From Octopus sinensis (taxonomy: Eukaryota): a stretch of 64,000 bases of DNA. The stretch is from assembly GCF_006345805.1 (NCBI RefSeq), contig NC_042997.1, positions 99,758,001-99,822,000 on the forward strand, in the 5' to 3' direction. The notes below the pieces were generated by a model. That model had not been told where the DNA came from, did not search any database, and saw only the letters and a program-made list of their open reading frames with translations. Of the stretch, positions 1-13,371 are shown piece by piece. Within the stretch, counting starts at the first letter, position 1, and each line of letters starts with the position of its first letter. The translations under genes were made by a program, and so were the position numbers.

Positions 1-15
1 TATTTACATACATTT

Positions 16-56
<41 letters not shown>

Positions 57-74
57 ACACACACACACATACAT

Positions 75-117
<43 letters not shown>

Positions 118-150
118 TGCATATATATATATATATACACACACACATAG
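1..150. repeat. (TA)n/(CA)n compound microsatellite
   Basis: Direct reading of sequence. Many similar tracts occur throughout, e.g. 10440-10680, 15935-16032, 37045-37162, 51478-51570, 56150-56240. Confidence 0.95.
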
Positions 151-778
151 AGAGACAGTGTGAAAGAAGAAGAGATAGAGAGAAAAAAGAGAGAAGTAGA
201 GGAAAAGGAATGAAAAAAGAGAGACAGGAAAAGAAATGCTGAGGAAATACATCAAGAAATTTACAAGTTGATTAACCTCCCTCCCTCCCTACCTACCTAC
301 CTACCTTCCCGGTTACCCGAGTTGTCAAACATGTGTATAAGAAGAACTATTAAATAATCATTATCAGAACCAATTACATAAATGAGACTGGGGGAAAAGA
401 TGATCTAAGTATGGATTACATTGATAAGAAGGCTGGATTGACAGAACTATTAAAGCAGTGGACAAAATGCCAGCTCCAAAATGCCCCTCAAAAATCCCAC
501 AAAATCAAACTATATTTGATTTTGTGGGGTTTTTGAGGGGTGGGGGTATGAAATAAAGTAACAGTCAAGTTACTGAGGGTAAATAAAATTGATTTACTTC
601 CCCTCTGGCCTTGCGCTGATGTTAAGGAACAGTTATTAAACTCATGGTTGTATGGATGGTTAAGAAGTTTGTTTTGTAACCACGTAGTTTTGGGTTCAGT
701 CCCACTGTATGGCACTTTGGGCGAGTATCATCAAGTGTAGACAGACAGATGGGCAGATGGATGGATGGACAGACAGAT

Positions 779-1036
779 AGATGTGTGTGTGTGTGTGTGT
801 GGAGGAGGAGGAAGAAGAAAAGAAAGAGAAGGAAGAGGAGGAGGGGAGAAAGAGAAGGAGGAGGAGGAGGAGAAAGAGAAAGAGGAGGAGAAAGAGAAGA
901 AGAAGAAGAAGAAGCAGAAGAAGAAGAAGGAGAAGAAGAAGAAGGAGAAAGAAGAAGAAGAAGAAGAAGAAGAAGAAGAAGAAGAAGAAGGAGAAGAAGA
1001 AGAAGGAGAAGAAGAAGAAGAAGAAGAAGAAGATGA
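779..1036. repeat. (TG)n followed by (GAG/GAA)n purine tract
   Basis: Direct reading. Explains the poly-E/K/R/L/F ORFs in all six frames. Confidence 0.95.
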
Positions 1037-1485
1037 TCATGATACATTCATACACACAAACATACACATATACGTACATACACAGGTAAATACTCCCCCT
1101 GCCATTAACCCTTAACTGTTGTATAAGTAAGGTATTTTTATTCCACTTGTATCCGAAAACACAGAACTAGATGACAGTGAATGTCAACTTGCTGTTTTCA
1201 GCTCAACACTTTCACAGTGAAATCACAGAATGCAAATATTCATACACACACACATCATATAGTAGAGGAAATTAGTATATATGTCTATCTTGTTATTCTC
1301 ATCTTTCTTTTTGCATGTAACTGTTACCTGTTCTACACTGCATCTACAGTGCTGAATCCCTACATTTTATTATGCTACTCCATCTTCCTGTTCCTCATTG
1401 AAGATTCTGTATTTCCAGTCATTCTCTTTCCTTTCTCTCTGGTTCTCTCTATTACTATATCTCTTATCTCTTTCTCATTGCTTTA

Positions 1486-1559
<74 letters not shown>

Positions 1560-1599
1560 TGAGGCACTTTTCTTTTGTTTCATTTTTCTTTCTTTCTTC

Positions 1600-3830
1600 A
1601 AGTACCAGCTTTAGCAGATTTGATTAACAAATTTTGCCGATGCAAGTGCAGATTGTGGCCACAACAAAAGGTAATTTTTTTCACAAGAAAATGGCTTACA
1701 AATGATGTTTCTATCAACGATGCCAGAGAAAAACTTAATTTGCTATGTGCACACATTCTAATCTGATCTATAAATATGATTCACTTCAGTTAAATTGACT
1801 CCATCATATCCTGTAGAACTTCCAGAGCTACTCAGGGAGAAACAGCTTTTCAGCATCATTAAATCCCAAGTAGTTCAGAGACATTGTGGAGCCCTCAACA
1901 AGAAATTACATTCCATGGAAAATAACAAATGCACCAAGCAGTTTCCAAGACCATTTGTCAAGGAGATCCAAATAGGTGAAAATTACTATCCTTCTTACAG
2001 AAGAACACCAGATGATGGAAACTGTCAGGCATAGGTTGGACAACATGAAATTGGCAACAGATGAATAGTTTTCTATGGGCCATTCTTGACCACACAACAA
2101 TTTTGCGTCTGGCAATTCAATAAACTCCATAAAGTATATTTGCATATAAAGGGATCTAATACAGCAATGTTTGTTCCGGTGCAGTAAGACTGTTGCAATA
2201 AAGTTACTTAATACCAACACAGTCAAACAAGGACAATACATCAAAAACAATAAGGCTTTCTGGTGCAAGTTATTGAATGATACCTACATCATTCAACTAC
2301 TTGCTATCCATTCCAAAAAGGACAATGAACCTCCTTCACTTAATCCTTCAACATTCAAATTTATTCTGTCAAATGTAATGCTTATTTATTCCCATTGTTT
2401 TGAACTGATCATACATTATCTTGTAGCTTTGAGATTTCAATGATGTGATTGTTTATTTTTAGATAGGTGTGAGAGACTAGATCAGGCTGGTTTGAACACA
2501 AAACAGGTAAAATATTTGCGCTGGATATGGCCAGTTTAAATATTGTACAGTAAGCATAAAATCTAAAAGATACCATGCTTACACCCTTTTTGAAACTACC
2601 AATAGGAATCTTTTGCAAAAACCTTGTCTTACCATCAGGTTCTGTCTCACTATACATGGAACACCAAATCATGGAGATGAAGAATGCAAAGTGCTTGTGT
2701 TGAAAGCCAACCTGACATAAGTTTTGACAGTATACTTTGAAAGATAGTATACTTACATACCAATTAACATGAATACGTCTTCCTATGACTTCTCCATAAA
2801 GTGAGAGGCTCAAGTATATTTCAGTATCCTCAAATAATGAATGGCAAAATTTGAACCATGCCTTACACTTGGTTTGTTGTAGGAGAATTATGCTGGAGAA
2901 TGTAGTGTGCAGCACTTTCAGAAGGTTCTGTATCACAAATAGCCTGTCTTAAGCTTCTTTTCACTTTGCTGTTAAAATGCTGTGAACTATCTCATCTGGT
3001 TCAGCTTTGGCTTAAGAACTGTGAATATCTTGCTGAAGATTTCAAGCATTAAACTTAACAGATGTACCCCAATGTGGAAATGAATAAAATAATTAACAAT
3101 CCAGTATTCATTAAAAAGCTCAAGGATGTAAATGGCCAAGAACTTCAAAAGTATGGCCCTACTCAACCTAACTTCTTTGAATTTAAAAACCTTAACAACA
3201 GATAATTTGAAAGAAGCATCAAATGATATTGGTTTCAAATTTTGGCACAAGGCCAACAGTTTTGGGAGTACGGGCCAAGTTGATTAAATCAACCCCAGTG
3301 CTCAACTGGTACTTATTTTATCAACCCTAAAAAGATGAAAAGGTAAAGTCAACCTCAGTGGAATTTGAACTCAGAATGTAAAGATGGACAAAATGCAGCG
3401 AAGCATTTTGCCTAGCATGCTAACAACTCTACCAGCTTGCCACCTTGAAGTATTATATAATGCACATAGATTAATAGCATATATAAATGACATTGAACCC
3501 ATATTCACTGTAGACAAGAAGGCAATCTATTCTACCATTTTTTACAAGGTTTAGCTAGAATTTGCTTCCTTGATGTTCATGGTATAAATGGGAAGGCATT
3601 CCTAATCAGTCAATTGCCTGCCAAAATCCATCAACACATAAAAATAGATATTGCAGATTTGTTCTCAAGTATCACTGCTACACTCTTTCCTGAAAGCTAT
3701 ACGGCATATTCTGTTTCCAAGCTCTTCTTGGATAGAGTACATATGATGCAATATGCAGTACTAAACATGCAAGAACTGCAGATGTGAAAGCAAACTTCTC
3801 AATCACACAGCTATGCCTCACTTTCTTTTG
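1600..3830 (+). mobile_element. Fossil Helitron Rep-helicase (pseudogenised, SINE-interrupted)
   Basis: Frameshifted plus-strand translations give an ordered series of Helitron motifs: AHILI (HUH region), IDSIIS, HCGALNKK..CTKQFPRPF...YPSYRR, FAKTLSYHQVLSHYTWNTKSWR, LLHKVRG, LFTLLLKCCELSHLVQLW...LAEDF, and the Pif1-like segment CFLDVHGINGKAFLISQL...SSITATLFPESYTAYSVSKL (cf. FLDAPGGTGKTFLI...SSGIAATLL.GGRTAHS). Confidence 0.85.
3236..3446 (-). mobile_element. tRNA-headed SINE (family B) inserted in the Helitron
   Basis: Reverse complement has head aaggtggcaagctggtagagttgttagc, B-box-like ttctgagttcaaattcc and core ttttcatctttttagggttgataaaataagtaccag. These are shared with many copies in the window. 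Confidence 0.75.
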
Positions 3831-5689
3831 TTTCAGTTGACATCCTCTCAGAACTGTTACCACAATAATATTTCATGTGCAGGACCCTTTGTTTTGTTTT
3901 TTTATGAATAGGTGTTGAGTAATCCTAACATTCAGGCCAGGCCAAATCACCCCACCTTGATACCTTTAGATACCTTCACTAGAGATAGTAGTTGCAAGAT
4001 CTTGAACCAGTACCCTGGTTTACACACTATCTAATGTTTAACCCTGCAGATATCATTACAAAGCAGGTGTTTCAGCTAGATATCAGCTACATTAGTCTCG
4101 CCATTTTACAAAGGTCAAAAGCATTGCCCCTTCTTCCCTGACTAACCTTACAAAGAAAAAGATCCAAATGAAATGAAAGGCAGCTAGTAGATTAAAAAAT
4201 ACATATATATGTATATGCACAAATATGTAAGCATAAAAACATATACATATATATGTGCGCACATACATGGACACACACCATACACTAAATTAAGCTGTTG
4301 TAATAAACCGCTTAGCAAACCTATAATTGTGCTATTTAACTGTTTGTATAATATAGCTGTTAGAAATTTTTCTTCGTTTGTTTGTTTTATTATCATTATT
4401 CTAATGCAACCCATCGGAAATGTATAGTATTAAGTGCGCTGACTTCATCAAAAATAAGTAGACAATTATTTTTACAGGAATTATCAAGAAAGAAAGATTG
4501 AGGACCTCATTTTAAGAGAGGAAAGATCAGGAGAGTGTCTCGTTTGAGTTCCAGTGACCTCCATATGAAACAGTATGATACATCATTACAGGTCTAAATT
4601 ATCAGGGGGAAAAAATTATTTTAAAGAGATTCTAATACCTTCAAAATGTTATTCCTTTCTCCAGTTTCATACATAAGATTATCAAATTACAGTTATTATA
4701 ATGGCATTACTTGACAAACTGTCATGATTCTAAAATAAGAAATAAATATATAGATATAATAATAAGCAGTAGAGCAGGGAGTAGGAGTTATGTTTGCATC
4801 TTCCCTCTTATGTTCGCTGACATATGCACGTGCAAAGGAGTGCAGTTTCCTTGTGGTTTTAGTTTTAGCAATAGCATTTAAGCTGTCTAGAAAACATCAG
4901 TGGAAAATGATACTAAACCACCCATGTTTAGGGTGAAAGGGGCTCTGAAAAGAAGTATCAACTTTTGCATCCGGCAGATACATCATCAGCTGTCATTGTT
5001 CCTGTTGTTGTTTAGCCCAAGGTCAGCTGTGATCAAACAGACCTATGATCAAGACAATAAGATAATCCAGCTATCTTGTCTTTTATTCAGACATAACATA
5101 TGTTGGACTACTTTATCTAATGTGTCCTTCCTTTTTTTCAGGTAGTAGGATGTGTGAATGTACAAGCACACTGTGGCCCATGCATCACCTAAACTACCAA
5201 CATCTGCTCGACATGCTCAACCTCTGCTCTTGGAAACTACATCTGCAAGCAATCTGAACATCTGTTACACCCATGTGCAGACAGCTTCTAACATTGATTT
5301 TTAAAAAAAAAACAGATCAAAAGAGTTCTTTTGATAGATTCAGCAGATATATTCCTAGGACTCCAGTGACAAATCTTATTTTCATTCTTTGAAGGTTAGT
5401 TGCAGGTAGGACAAATTGCATCATCTACTCACCAAATGTAAATGTGGGCAGTTGGGTTTACAGATTAGAAACCTGTTTCTGAAGAAAAAAAAAATCCTGC
5501 TACAATAATATTTCAACATAAATAATTTCTCCCCTTAAGACAAGGCCCCAGATTTATAAATCAAAGTCAACTGGATAAACTGTTTTTTATAATTTAATTG
5601 GTTAACTCCCACAGTGCCATTCCCTCTCTCAGCCAAAGGGTCTTAGTTTTGCAAGTTACTTGTGTTGGTGTAACATAAAATGCATCTAG

Positions 5690-6250
5690 TACACTCAGTA
5701 AAGTGGTTGGCATTAGAAAGGGCATCCAGCTGTAGAGACCATGCCAAAGCAGACAATGGAGTCTGGTGCAGCCCTAGGCTGAAGACGCTCAACCATTATT
5801 CTCTAGAAAAACGATGACGCCGTGGTGATCTCATTCTTGCTCACAACATCATAAGCGGAAAGTGTAACCTCTCGAAAGAGCTGTTCTTCACTCCTGCTCC
5901 AGAGCGTCGGCTGTGGGGTCACTCCGAAAAGCTCTATCTGCAACGATTTCATCTCAATCGAAGGAGAGGGGCTTTCTCCGTCCGGGTTGCGGATCTGTGG
6001 AATAAGCTGCCGGACGAGATAGTGAAGATGCCGACGACCGCTCGGTTCAAAGTCTCTCTTGACCAGAAATGGCCTGAACTCTTTGCATGAACACCCTCCC
6101 TGTACATAACTCCATGTCCCTCTACATGGCCTTGCTTTTTGCTTTTTGAGCCAAAAAATTAACTTAACTTAACTTAATTTAACTAACACCAACACCTGTC
6201 AAACATTCAACTCATGCTACTATGGAAGACAGACATTAAATGATGATGAT
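5690..6250 (+). mobile_element. Family E repeat (RTE-like tail ending in (GAT)n), split by the CR1 insertion
   Basis: 5' half gtggttggcattagaaagggcatccagctgtag...ggtgcagcc precedes the LINE. The 3' half aactcatgctactatggaagacagacattaaatgatgatg follows it. Confidence 0.65.
5776..6185 (+). mobile_element. 5'-truncated CR1-clade LINE 3' end
   Basis: Translates RLKTLNHYSLEKR*RRGDLILAHNIISG...FSVRVADLWNKLPDEIV...FKVSLDQKWPELFA* (stop 6088-6090), typical of a CR1 ORF2 C-terminus. A short 3'UTR and (AACTT)n tail follow. Confidence 0.85.
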
Positions 6251-8659
6251 GATTAATAATTTAGATAGCGTGTAAAACTTTAGCTACATCAGTAAGTAAC
6301 AATCCCTGTTGTGAGTTTGAGTTCAGTTGGTGCCAGCTGACATCACACATGAAGTGTACAGCACCAAGGGTTACAAAAGGGATTGTATGACTTAACAATA
6401 TGTACTACATACTCAATAATTCTTTTAGGTACCTATATGGTCACAAGCAGCAGAAGTAAGCACACTTTCAAGCTTTCCCACTCTTAACCCAGTAGAATAT
6501 CAAAGATGTGATATCCAGATTGAAAGTGGCAGGACCAGCACTGGGCCAGTATTTTATTTACTAACCTCAAAACGATGAAAGACAAAATTGACCTCAGCAA
6601 GATTTGAATGCATAGCACAAGGAGCTGGAACAAACACTGCAATGCATTCTGTTTATTTCTCTAATGTCTGTTAATCAACCACTTTGCCAGTTATAGTTGA
6701 AAAGTATAAAAATATGAAATTAAGTAAAAACAAAAAACAAACAAACTGAAGAACATGATTACAAAAAACTTGTGATTAATATGCATACAACTTTTTTTCC
6801 AAATATACAATGTAATTCTGGGCCATATTGGTCACCCTCTCACTTCACTGATTTAATTCTGTAGTGCCATTTCTACCATTCCATTGCCTTATTTCTATAT
6901 TAATTCTGATATCTTTCCACTAGACAAGAGATGCAGCATGATGTTTTGTCAGTGAACAGGTCACGGTCTCAAAGCGCCGAAAATATTTTGACAAATTAAA
7001 CTTAAATGTTGAAGTGAATCTAACGGTTTTGTGTGTTTCTTAAATGGCTTATAAACACCTTCCACGCTGCAGTTGTTTTCGTTCCATCACACGATCTCAG
7101 ATCAAGTCACTTGCTATGCAAGTACATCTCCGTAAAGCCAAATCATTATAGAGGTAAAAGTAAGGGTAGTTGAAACAATCTCCCCAAATCCAACATTTTA
7201 TGGGCACTTATGTTATCATTCATAGAAGGATGAAAAAGTAAGTTTGACCTCAATGGAATTTGAACTTAGACTGGAGAGAGATGAAACTAAATACTGTTAG
7301 GTTTTTAGAGCTAGTGTTCCAATGGCTTGGCTATTTCAGAAAGGAAATATCCTGTCAATTTAGTAGGTATAAGAGGCTTTGACAGTTCATATTCTATTAC
7401 CAGCATTAACTTATATGATACTTAAAACTCAATGGCCCAACCAAAGTGGTTGTAAATCGATACCATGTGCTATAAGCAGTCAGTGGGGTAAAGGGGTACT
7501 GATTTTTTTTATATGACCACTTTTGTAGAAAGGAGTGGATGGAATTGGTTTAGTCCACATTACTCTGTAAGGAGCACAGGGCTGGTTTCCCAGCTTCTTT
7601 GATGTATATATTCCTGCCTGGACATGATGCCAGTCCATTGCAGAATTACTCATTTTTACCAGCTGAGTGGACTGGAGTAGTATGAAAGGAATTGTCTTGC
7701 TCAAGGAACACAACGCATTGCCCAGTCTGAGAATCGAAATCCCAATCTTGTGATCATGAGTCCAACACCTTAACCACTCACTAATCAATGATACAGTTCA
7801 CCAAATGAAACAGCTTATTTTGTAGCTATTTATACGACCTATCAAAGCTGAAAGGATGGAAAGTCAGAAATCAACTTTAGCATGATCTCATAGATGCAGC
7901 ATAGGAGATGACAAGTATTTTATCGGCTTGTGATGCTGAATTGATTATAATCATAGAAAGTAAAGAGGACGAGTTCCCTTAGGAGCTGGTTCTCTATAGA
8001 GACGCTGCACAATGACAAAACTCCTCAGTTCTTCCCCACTAACAAGCCATTGACAATAAAACTGAACTTGTATTTATCTTTATTTGTTGGAGCTTCAAAT
8101 ACTTAAACAATAAGGACTCAGATGCAGTCATGTGCACACACAAACACACACACATACATCTGCATGCATGCCCACACACACACACACAGACATATACACA
8201 TATGCATCAGCATGCACACACACAAACACATACACACAAACTAATTAGTGATTTCAAATGATCAATTTATTCTAATTTACTAATTAATTACTGATTTACT
8301 TAGAAAACAACACAAAAGGAGGCACTTCATCATTGTTGCTTACACTCACCAATTTGTGCTGTTTCACTGAAAAATTTTCTATGCAGAAACAGTTTAGTAT
8401 TATTTCTTTTTCTTCATTTTTACACTTTTTTAAAAACTTTTTCTTCCATTTCCACAGTTCCAATTATTTCTCCCTCATTTAACAATCAGAAGAAAGTCAT
8501 TTTCTGATCTTTAATCCTTTCAAATTTTGTTGGAAAATGAAAATGGTGTAAAGAAATAAATGTGATTTAAAGGAAGCTTGTTTTTTTATCTTTATTTTAT
8601 TCATTTCTTTTTTTGTTGTTGTTGTTGTTGTTGTTGTTTTCATTGTTTCTCTACTTGTT

Positions 8660-10010
8660 GGATGTGATGGTGGCTGTATTGATGAATGTCTTGGAGATTG
8701 TCATTGTCATAACCATGATGATAGTAATGATGTTGGTTGGTTAAGGTGACAGTGATGTCTGTGAAGATAATGTTAATTGGTGATAGTAATGTCTATGGTG
8801 ATGATGATGGTGGTGGTGGTGATAGTAATGTTGATAATGATATTGATGGTGAAAGTGATAATTATGAAGAAGATGATGACAATGAAGCTGAAATGACAAC
8901 GATGTTTGATGATGACAATGATGATTATGATGACAATGATGATGATGATGATGATGGTGGTGATGACGATAATGCTCATGAGGATGATAGTGATGGTAAT
9001 ATTGGTGACAATGTTGGCTGGCAATAATTTACAATAATGCTGATGATGGTGATGAAAATGATGACGACGATGATGACGATGACAGAGATAGTAACATTTG
9101 TGATGATGATGATTGCAATACTAATGTTGATGATGAAGATGATGATGCTGGTTGGCAGCAGTGATAGCAACACTGGCAATAGATGGCGACGCTGTCACTG
9201 GTGATGTTGATGAAAGCATCAGTGACGACGACAAATGACGATGATGGGGGATCATCGGTTAGTTGGATGACAATGACAACAGAAAGTTCCTTAACTGATG
9301 ACGATGACGACAGGGGCAGGGGGTAATGCTGTGGATGGTGGTGATAAGGTAATTTGTGATGACGATGGTAATATTGATAATGATACATTAATGACGCTGG
9401 TAGTTAGTGGTAATGATGCGTTGTCGTCATCCCTGTTGCCACTGGCAGCGATGCTAGTGATGCTGGTGAGTGTCAACACCGTCAAGGCTCTGTTTTCTTT
9501 CCATTTTGGCTCTATGTTAATTATGTTGTTTGTTACATTATATCCACACAATTCAATCCGCTGTCGCCACCATCACTGTCACTATCCACCACCACCACCA
9601 CCACCACCATCCCCACTGAAACCACCGCCACAACGACTGCCACCCACTGCTACCACCATCATCATCATGACCACCACCACCACCACTAACACCAATACCA
9701 CCACCACCACCACCACCACCACCACCACTGCCATTACCACCTCCAACACCACCACCCTTACCATCATCACCTAAAACAACAACACCAACATCACCACCAC
9801 CATTACTACCACCACCATCACCACCATCTTACTGTCACCAGTACCATCACCACCAACAACATCACCACTGCTGCCACCACCACTACCACCACAACCAACA
9901 TCATCACTGCCACTATACACTTACTACAAATGTACACCCGCCCCCTCCTCAACCATACACAAGCCACCACAAACCATTCTTATAAACCACCACCACCACC
10001 CGCCACCAAC
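8660..10010. repeat. Degenerate trinucleotide low-complexity block: (GAT/GGT)n-rich, then (CAC/CAT)n-rich
   Basis: About 8660-9480 is TGA/TGG-rich and about 9570-10010 is CCA/TCA-rich on the plus strand. Confidence 0.9.
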
Positions 10011-10590
10011 ACCCTGCCTCCCTCCCACCCTGGCAACTGATCCTGCTCAGATAATTGCTCAAATGGAAAACATACAGCGGAAACTACAAATCACTTTGTC
10101 TCTTTTTTTTTTCTTATCTTAGTGTTTGTTTTTTACCAATGTATTTTTAACGAATTTAGTCTGGAAGGCATCAAGGGCAGAAACAAACTGTGTTGTAATC
10201 AACAGAAAGAGAGCAGGGAGAAAGGGGGGGTGAAAACAAAGGGAAAGAGAAAAAGAAAAGAAAGGAAGAGTATGGAGTACAGAGAGAGAGAGAGGGGGGA
10301 GACAGAGAGAGAGAGAGAGAGAGAAAGATTGAGAGGAGGGCAGGAGACAGACAGGCAGACAGAAATTGCATCTTTTTTTTTTTTTTAAATGTGCAAGATG
10401 AAGAAAAGAGGTTTGAGGGACAAAACAAAGAAAACTGCTATATACATATATACATATATATATATGTGTGTGTGTGTGTACATACACACACACACATGTA
10501 TATATATATATATATACATATATATACATATACACACAAATATATATATAATCTGTTGCTTGCTTGTCTCATCTCCTCTCTTTCTCCCTC

Positions 10591-10680
<90 letters not shown>

Positions 10681-11289
10681 AAACTTAAGATTTATTTCTC
10701 AGCCATTGTACACTTTTTTTCCTTTTGATTTAGGATTCAGGTTTTTATAAAATAAAAATTATAAACAAATACAGAACAATAGCATAAACAAAACAAACAA
10801 CAAAATGCCACAACAAACAGACATTATGCTACTGAAAACTACAGAACCCATCCAATCTTGCTTATAGTAATTGAATTTTTCAATCACAAGAATGTGTACT
10901 TTTGCTCAAAAGTGTCAGCAACTTCCATGCAATGGATTTACCTATTTTTCCTTTTCTTTTGAACATTTTTGCCCTATTTAACTGTTTTCTTGTCTTATGT
11001 TTCTATCAAGACAAATTCCTACACAGAGGTGGGAAGGAAATCAAAATAAGAAAAGGCAACCAATAATAAAGAAAATAAAGAGGAGGGAGAAGTAAGAAAG
11101 AACATATAAGAAGAAACAACAGCAATTTCCTTTTATTTATTCCCTGAGCTCTGTTGCTAGTAAAGTTTGTGCAACATTCTGAATAGAAGAAAATAGAGTA
11201 TAGACTTGTGCTTTCTTATTAGTTTTAGCCAGTGGGCTATGACCATACAATAGTATGTCTATATGTGTGGTATGACCATACGATAATGA

Positions 11290-11594
11290 TAAACGTCACC
11301 CTTTTCAAGCCTAGCCAGGCTCGTGGGCCCGGTTTCCCAGTTTCTGTGGCGTATGTGTTCCCCCCAGCTGGACGGAACGCCAGTCCATCGCAGCATTACT
11401 CAAGAAACAGGAAGAGAGAGTGAGAGAAAGTTGGGGCGAAAGAGTACAACAGGGGTCGCCACCACCCCCTGCTGGAGCCTTGTGGAGCTTTTAGGTGTTT
11501 TCGCTCAATAAACACACACAACACTCGGTCTGGGAATCAAAACCGCAATCCTCCGACTGCGAGTCCGCTGCCTTAACCACTGGGCCATTGCGCC
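11290..11594 (-). mobile_element. tRNA-headed SINE (family C), near full length
   Basis: Reverse complement starts ggcgcaatggcccagtggttaaggcagcggactcgcagtcggaggattgcggttttgattcccagacc (tRNA-like A/B boxes) and includes gcgatggactggcgttccgtccagctggg. It interrupts a tandem 'tatgaccatacaatagtatgtctata' minisatellite. Confidence 0.8.
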
Positions 11595-12211
11595 TCCACT
11601 CATGACCATACAATAGTATGTCTATATATATGGGCTATGACCATACAGTAGTATGTCTATATGCGTGCACGTGTGCATGCATGTGTGTATGTGTGTCTGT
11701 CTGTGTGTGTGTGTGCGTGCATGCTTTTCTTTGAGCTCTATGTTAAATGTTTCTTAAGAGAATTCAAGCCAGGCGCTAACAAAGTGACAAGACTTATATT
11801 TTTTTAGTTAAGAGAACTCCTGGTGTTTGTAAATATGTGGTTGAGTTGGTGCATTGGTTGAGCTGTTGATGCACACAGCCAAGTGTGTGTGCATCTATTC
11901 ATCTAAAGAATCCCAGAGGGAGAATCTTTAGAATGTCTTACAAATTTTCACTAAGCTGCAAATAGATTGGATATAAAGAATCCATATCAGTTTCTTTCGC
12001 TCTTTCTTCAAAAAAACCTAGTGCGTCTACATTTTTGTCTAAATTTATAAGTACATAGCCTAATGTATCTATAATGATAGGTACAAATTAGAATTTGTAG
12101 TTGGGGATAGTGTGTGTGTGTGTGGTGTGTGTGTGTGTGTGTGTAAGAAATTATGATAAACACAAATTTACACCATTTGTTCCTTATGTATGTTTCACCA
12201 CTGTGGTCATT

Positions 12212-12290
12212 TGCAACCTCTGCATTAGATATTCCATGTACAACAGACCAGCACCCAACTGCACCTGGAACATCCAATGCAGAGGTTGCA
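12212..12290. other. 79-nt hairpin (31-bp stem, 4 mismatches, 17-nt loop)
   Basis: tgcaacctctgcattagatattccatgtaca (12212-12242) pairs with tgcacctggaacatccaatgcagaggttgca (12260-12290). Confidence 0.85.
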
Positions 12291-12302
12291 CATTATTACC
12301 AC

Positions 12303-12781
12303 AATTGTAAATCAGTTTAAACGAAACCGAAAGATAATTTTAGTAAATCAGCGAAAGATTAATTAGCTATATTATATTTCTGATTTCAGAATTTTTTGTT
12401 TAATACAGAGAGGATGGTTAGTGATAATAATTTCAAAACTTATGACAGAGCGAAATAGATATTCCAAAGTCACAGCAACATTTGAGCCGACTAATTAAGA
12501 ATTATGGGATTGTTGATATGTTTTGGTTAGAATTTTTATGGGTCAAAAAGTCAAACCCATTCAACCACTTAGCCTGTTGCATTAGGGACATTAATTACAA
12601 AGAATTGTTGACAAAGAAGTACTGATAGAAAGGGAGGAGAAGCCAAAACATGTATTTTTCTGAAAGCATGCTTTTTCTAGTTATTTTATCAAAATAAAAA
12701 AGGAATCTTACAGGTATTGAAATAATAGTTATTGAAAGATTGGAAGGTAGGGACAAAAGATTTCATATGCATTTTTCTTAA
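12303..12781. repeat. Left arm of a 479-bp inverted repeat (partner 14540-15018)
   Basis: Read base by base, it is the reverse complement of 14540-15018 with only a handful of substitutions. Confidence 0.9.
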
Positions 12782-13232
12782 CATACATCTTAACATACAT
12801 CGGAACATACATCGGAAACAAAACGATATAAACCTGTGTTTATCACAGTTTCTCCAACCATATCACATCTCTGTATCACATCCAGTAAAACAACTAAGTA
12901 CAGTAGTAACCACACCACTGTACTGGAAAAGGACAGTATGATGATACTCAACAGTCGCAGTCATACATCTAACGGTACACATAAGATTTACTTTATACAT
13001 ATGTCCATCATCATTGTCATCATATAGCATCCATTGTCCATGCTGGCATGGGGGGGGGCAGTTTGACCAGGGCTGGTAAGCTGAGAGGCTGCACCAGACT
13101 CCTGTCTGATTTGCTGTGGTTTCTACAGCTGGAAGGCTTTCCTAATGCCAACCACTCCAAGAGTGTAATGGGTGCTTTTACATTCCACTGGCACAGGTGC
13201 CAATTGCATGACACCAGTATCTGCCACAACTA

Positions 13233-13265
<33 letters not shown>

Positions 13266-13371
13266 AAAAGAAATGACAAAGGAATAACCAATTATCTTAT
13301 GAACTTCATTAACATATAGCTGTTTCCACTGTAAGATGCAGTGGACTCATAGTTGAGTACTCAAGGGTAAA

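Noticed and set aside
622-1115. Several 95-141 aa ORFs (poly-L/F/E/K/R)
   Set aside because: Translations of (GAA/GAG)n and (TG)n microsatellites. The same applies to ORFs at 8737-9774, 10119-10688, 53459-54358, 56037-56546 and 62688-63128.
2409-2936. 175-aa minus-strand ORF
   Set aside because: Antisense shadow of the plus-strand Helitron relic; no recognisable domain.
11490-11594. tRNA-like sequences at SINE heads (also ~37162, ~32058, ~52706)
   Set aside because: They continue directly into SINE bodies and lack a full cloverleaf; not tRNA genes.
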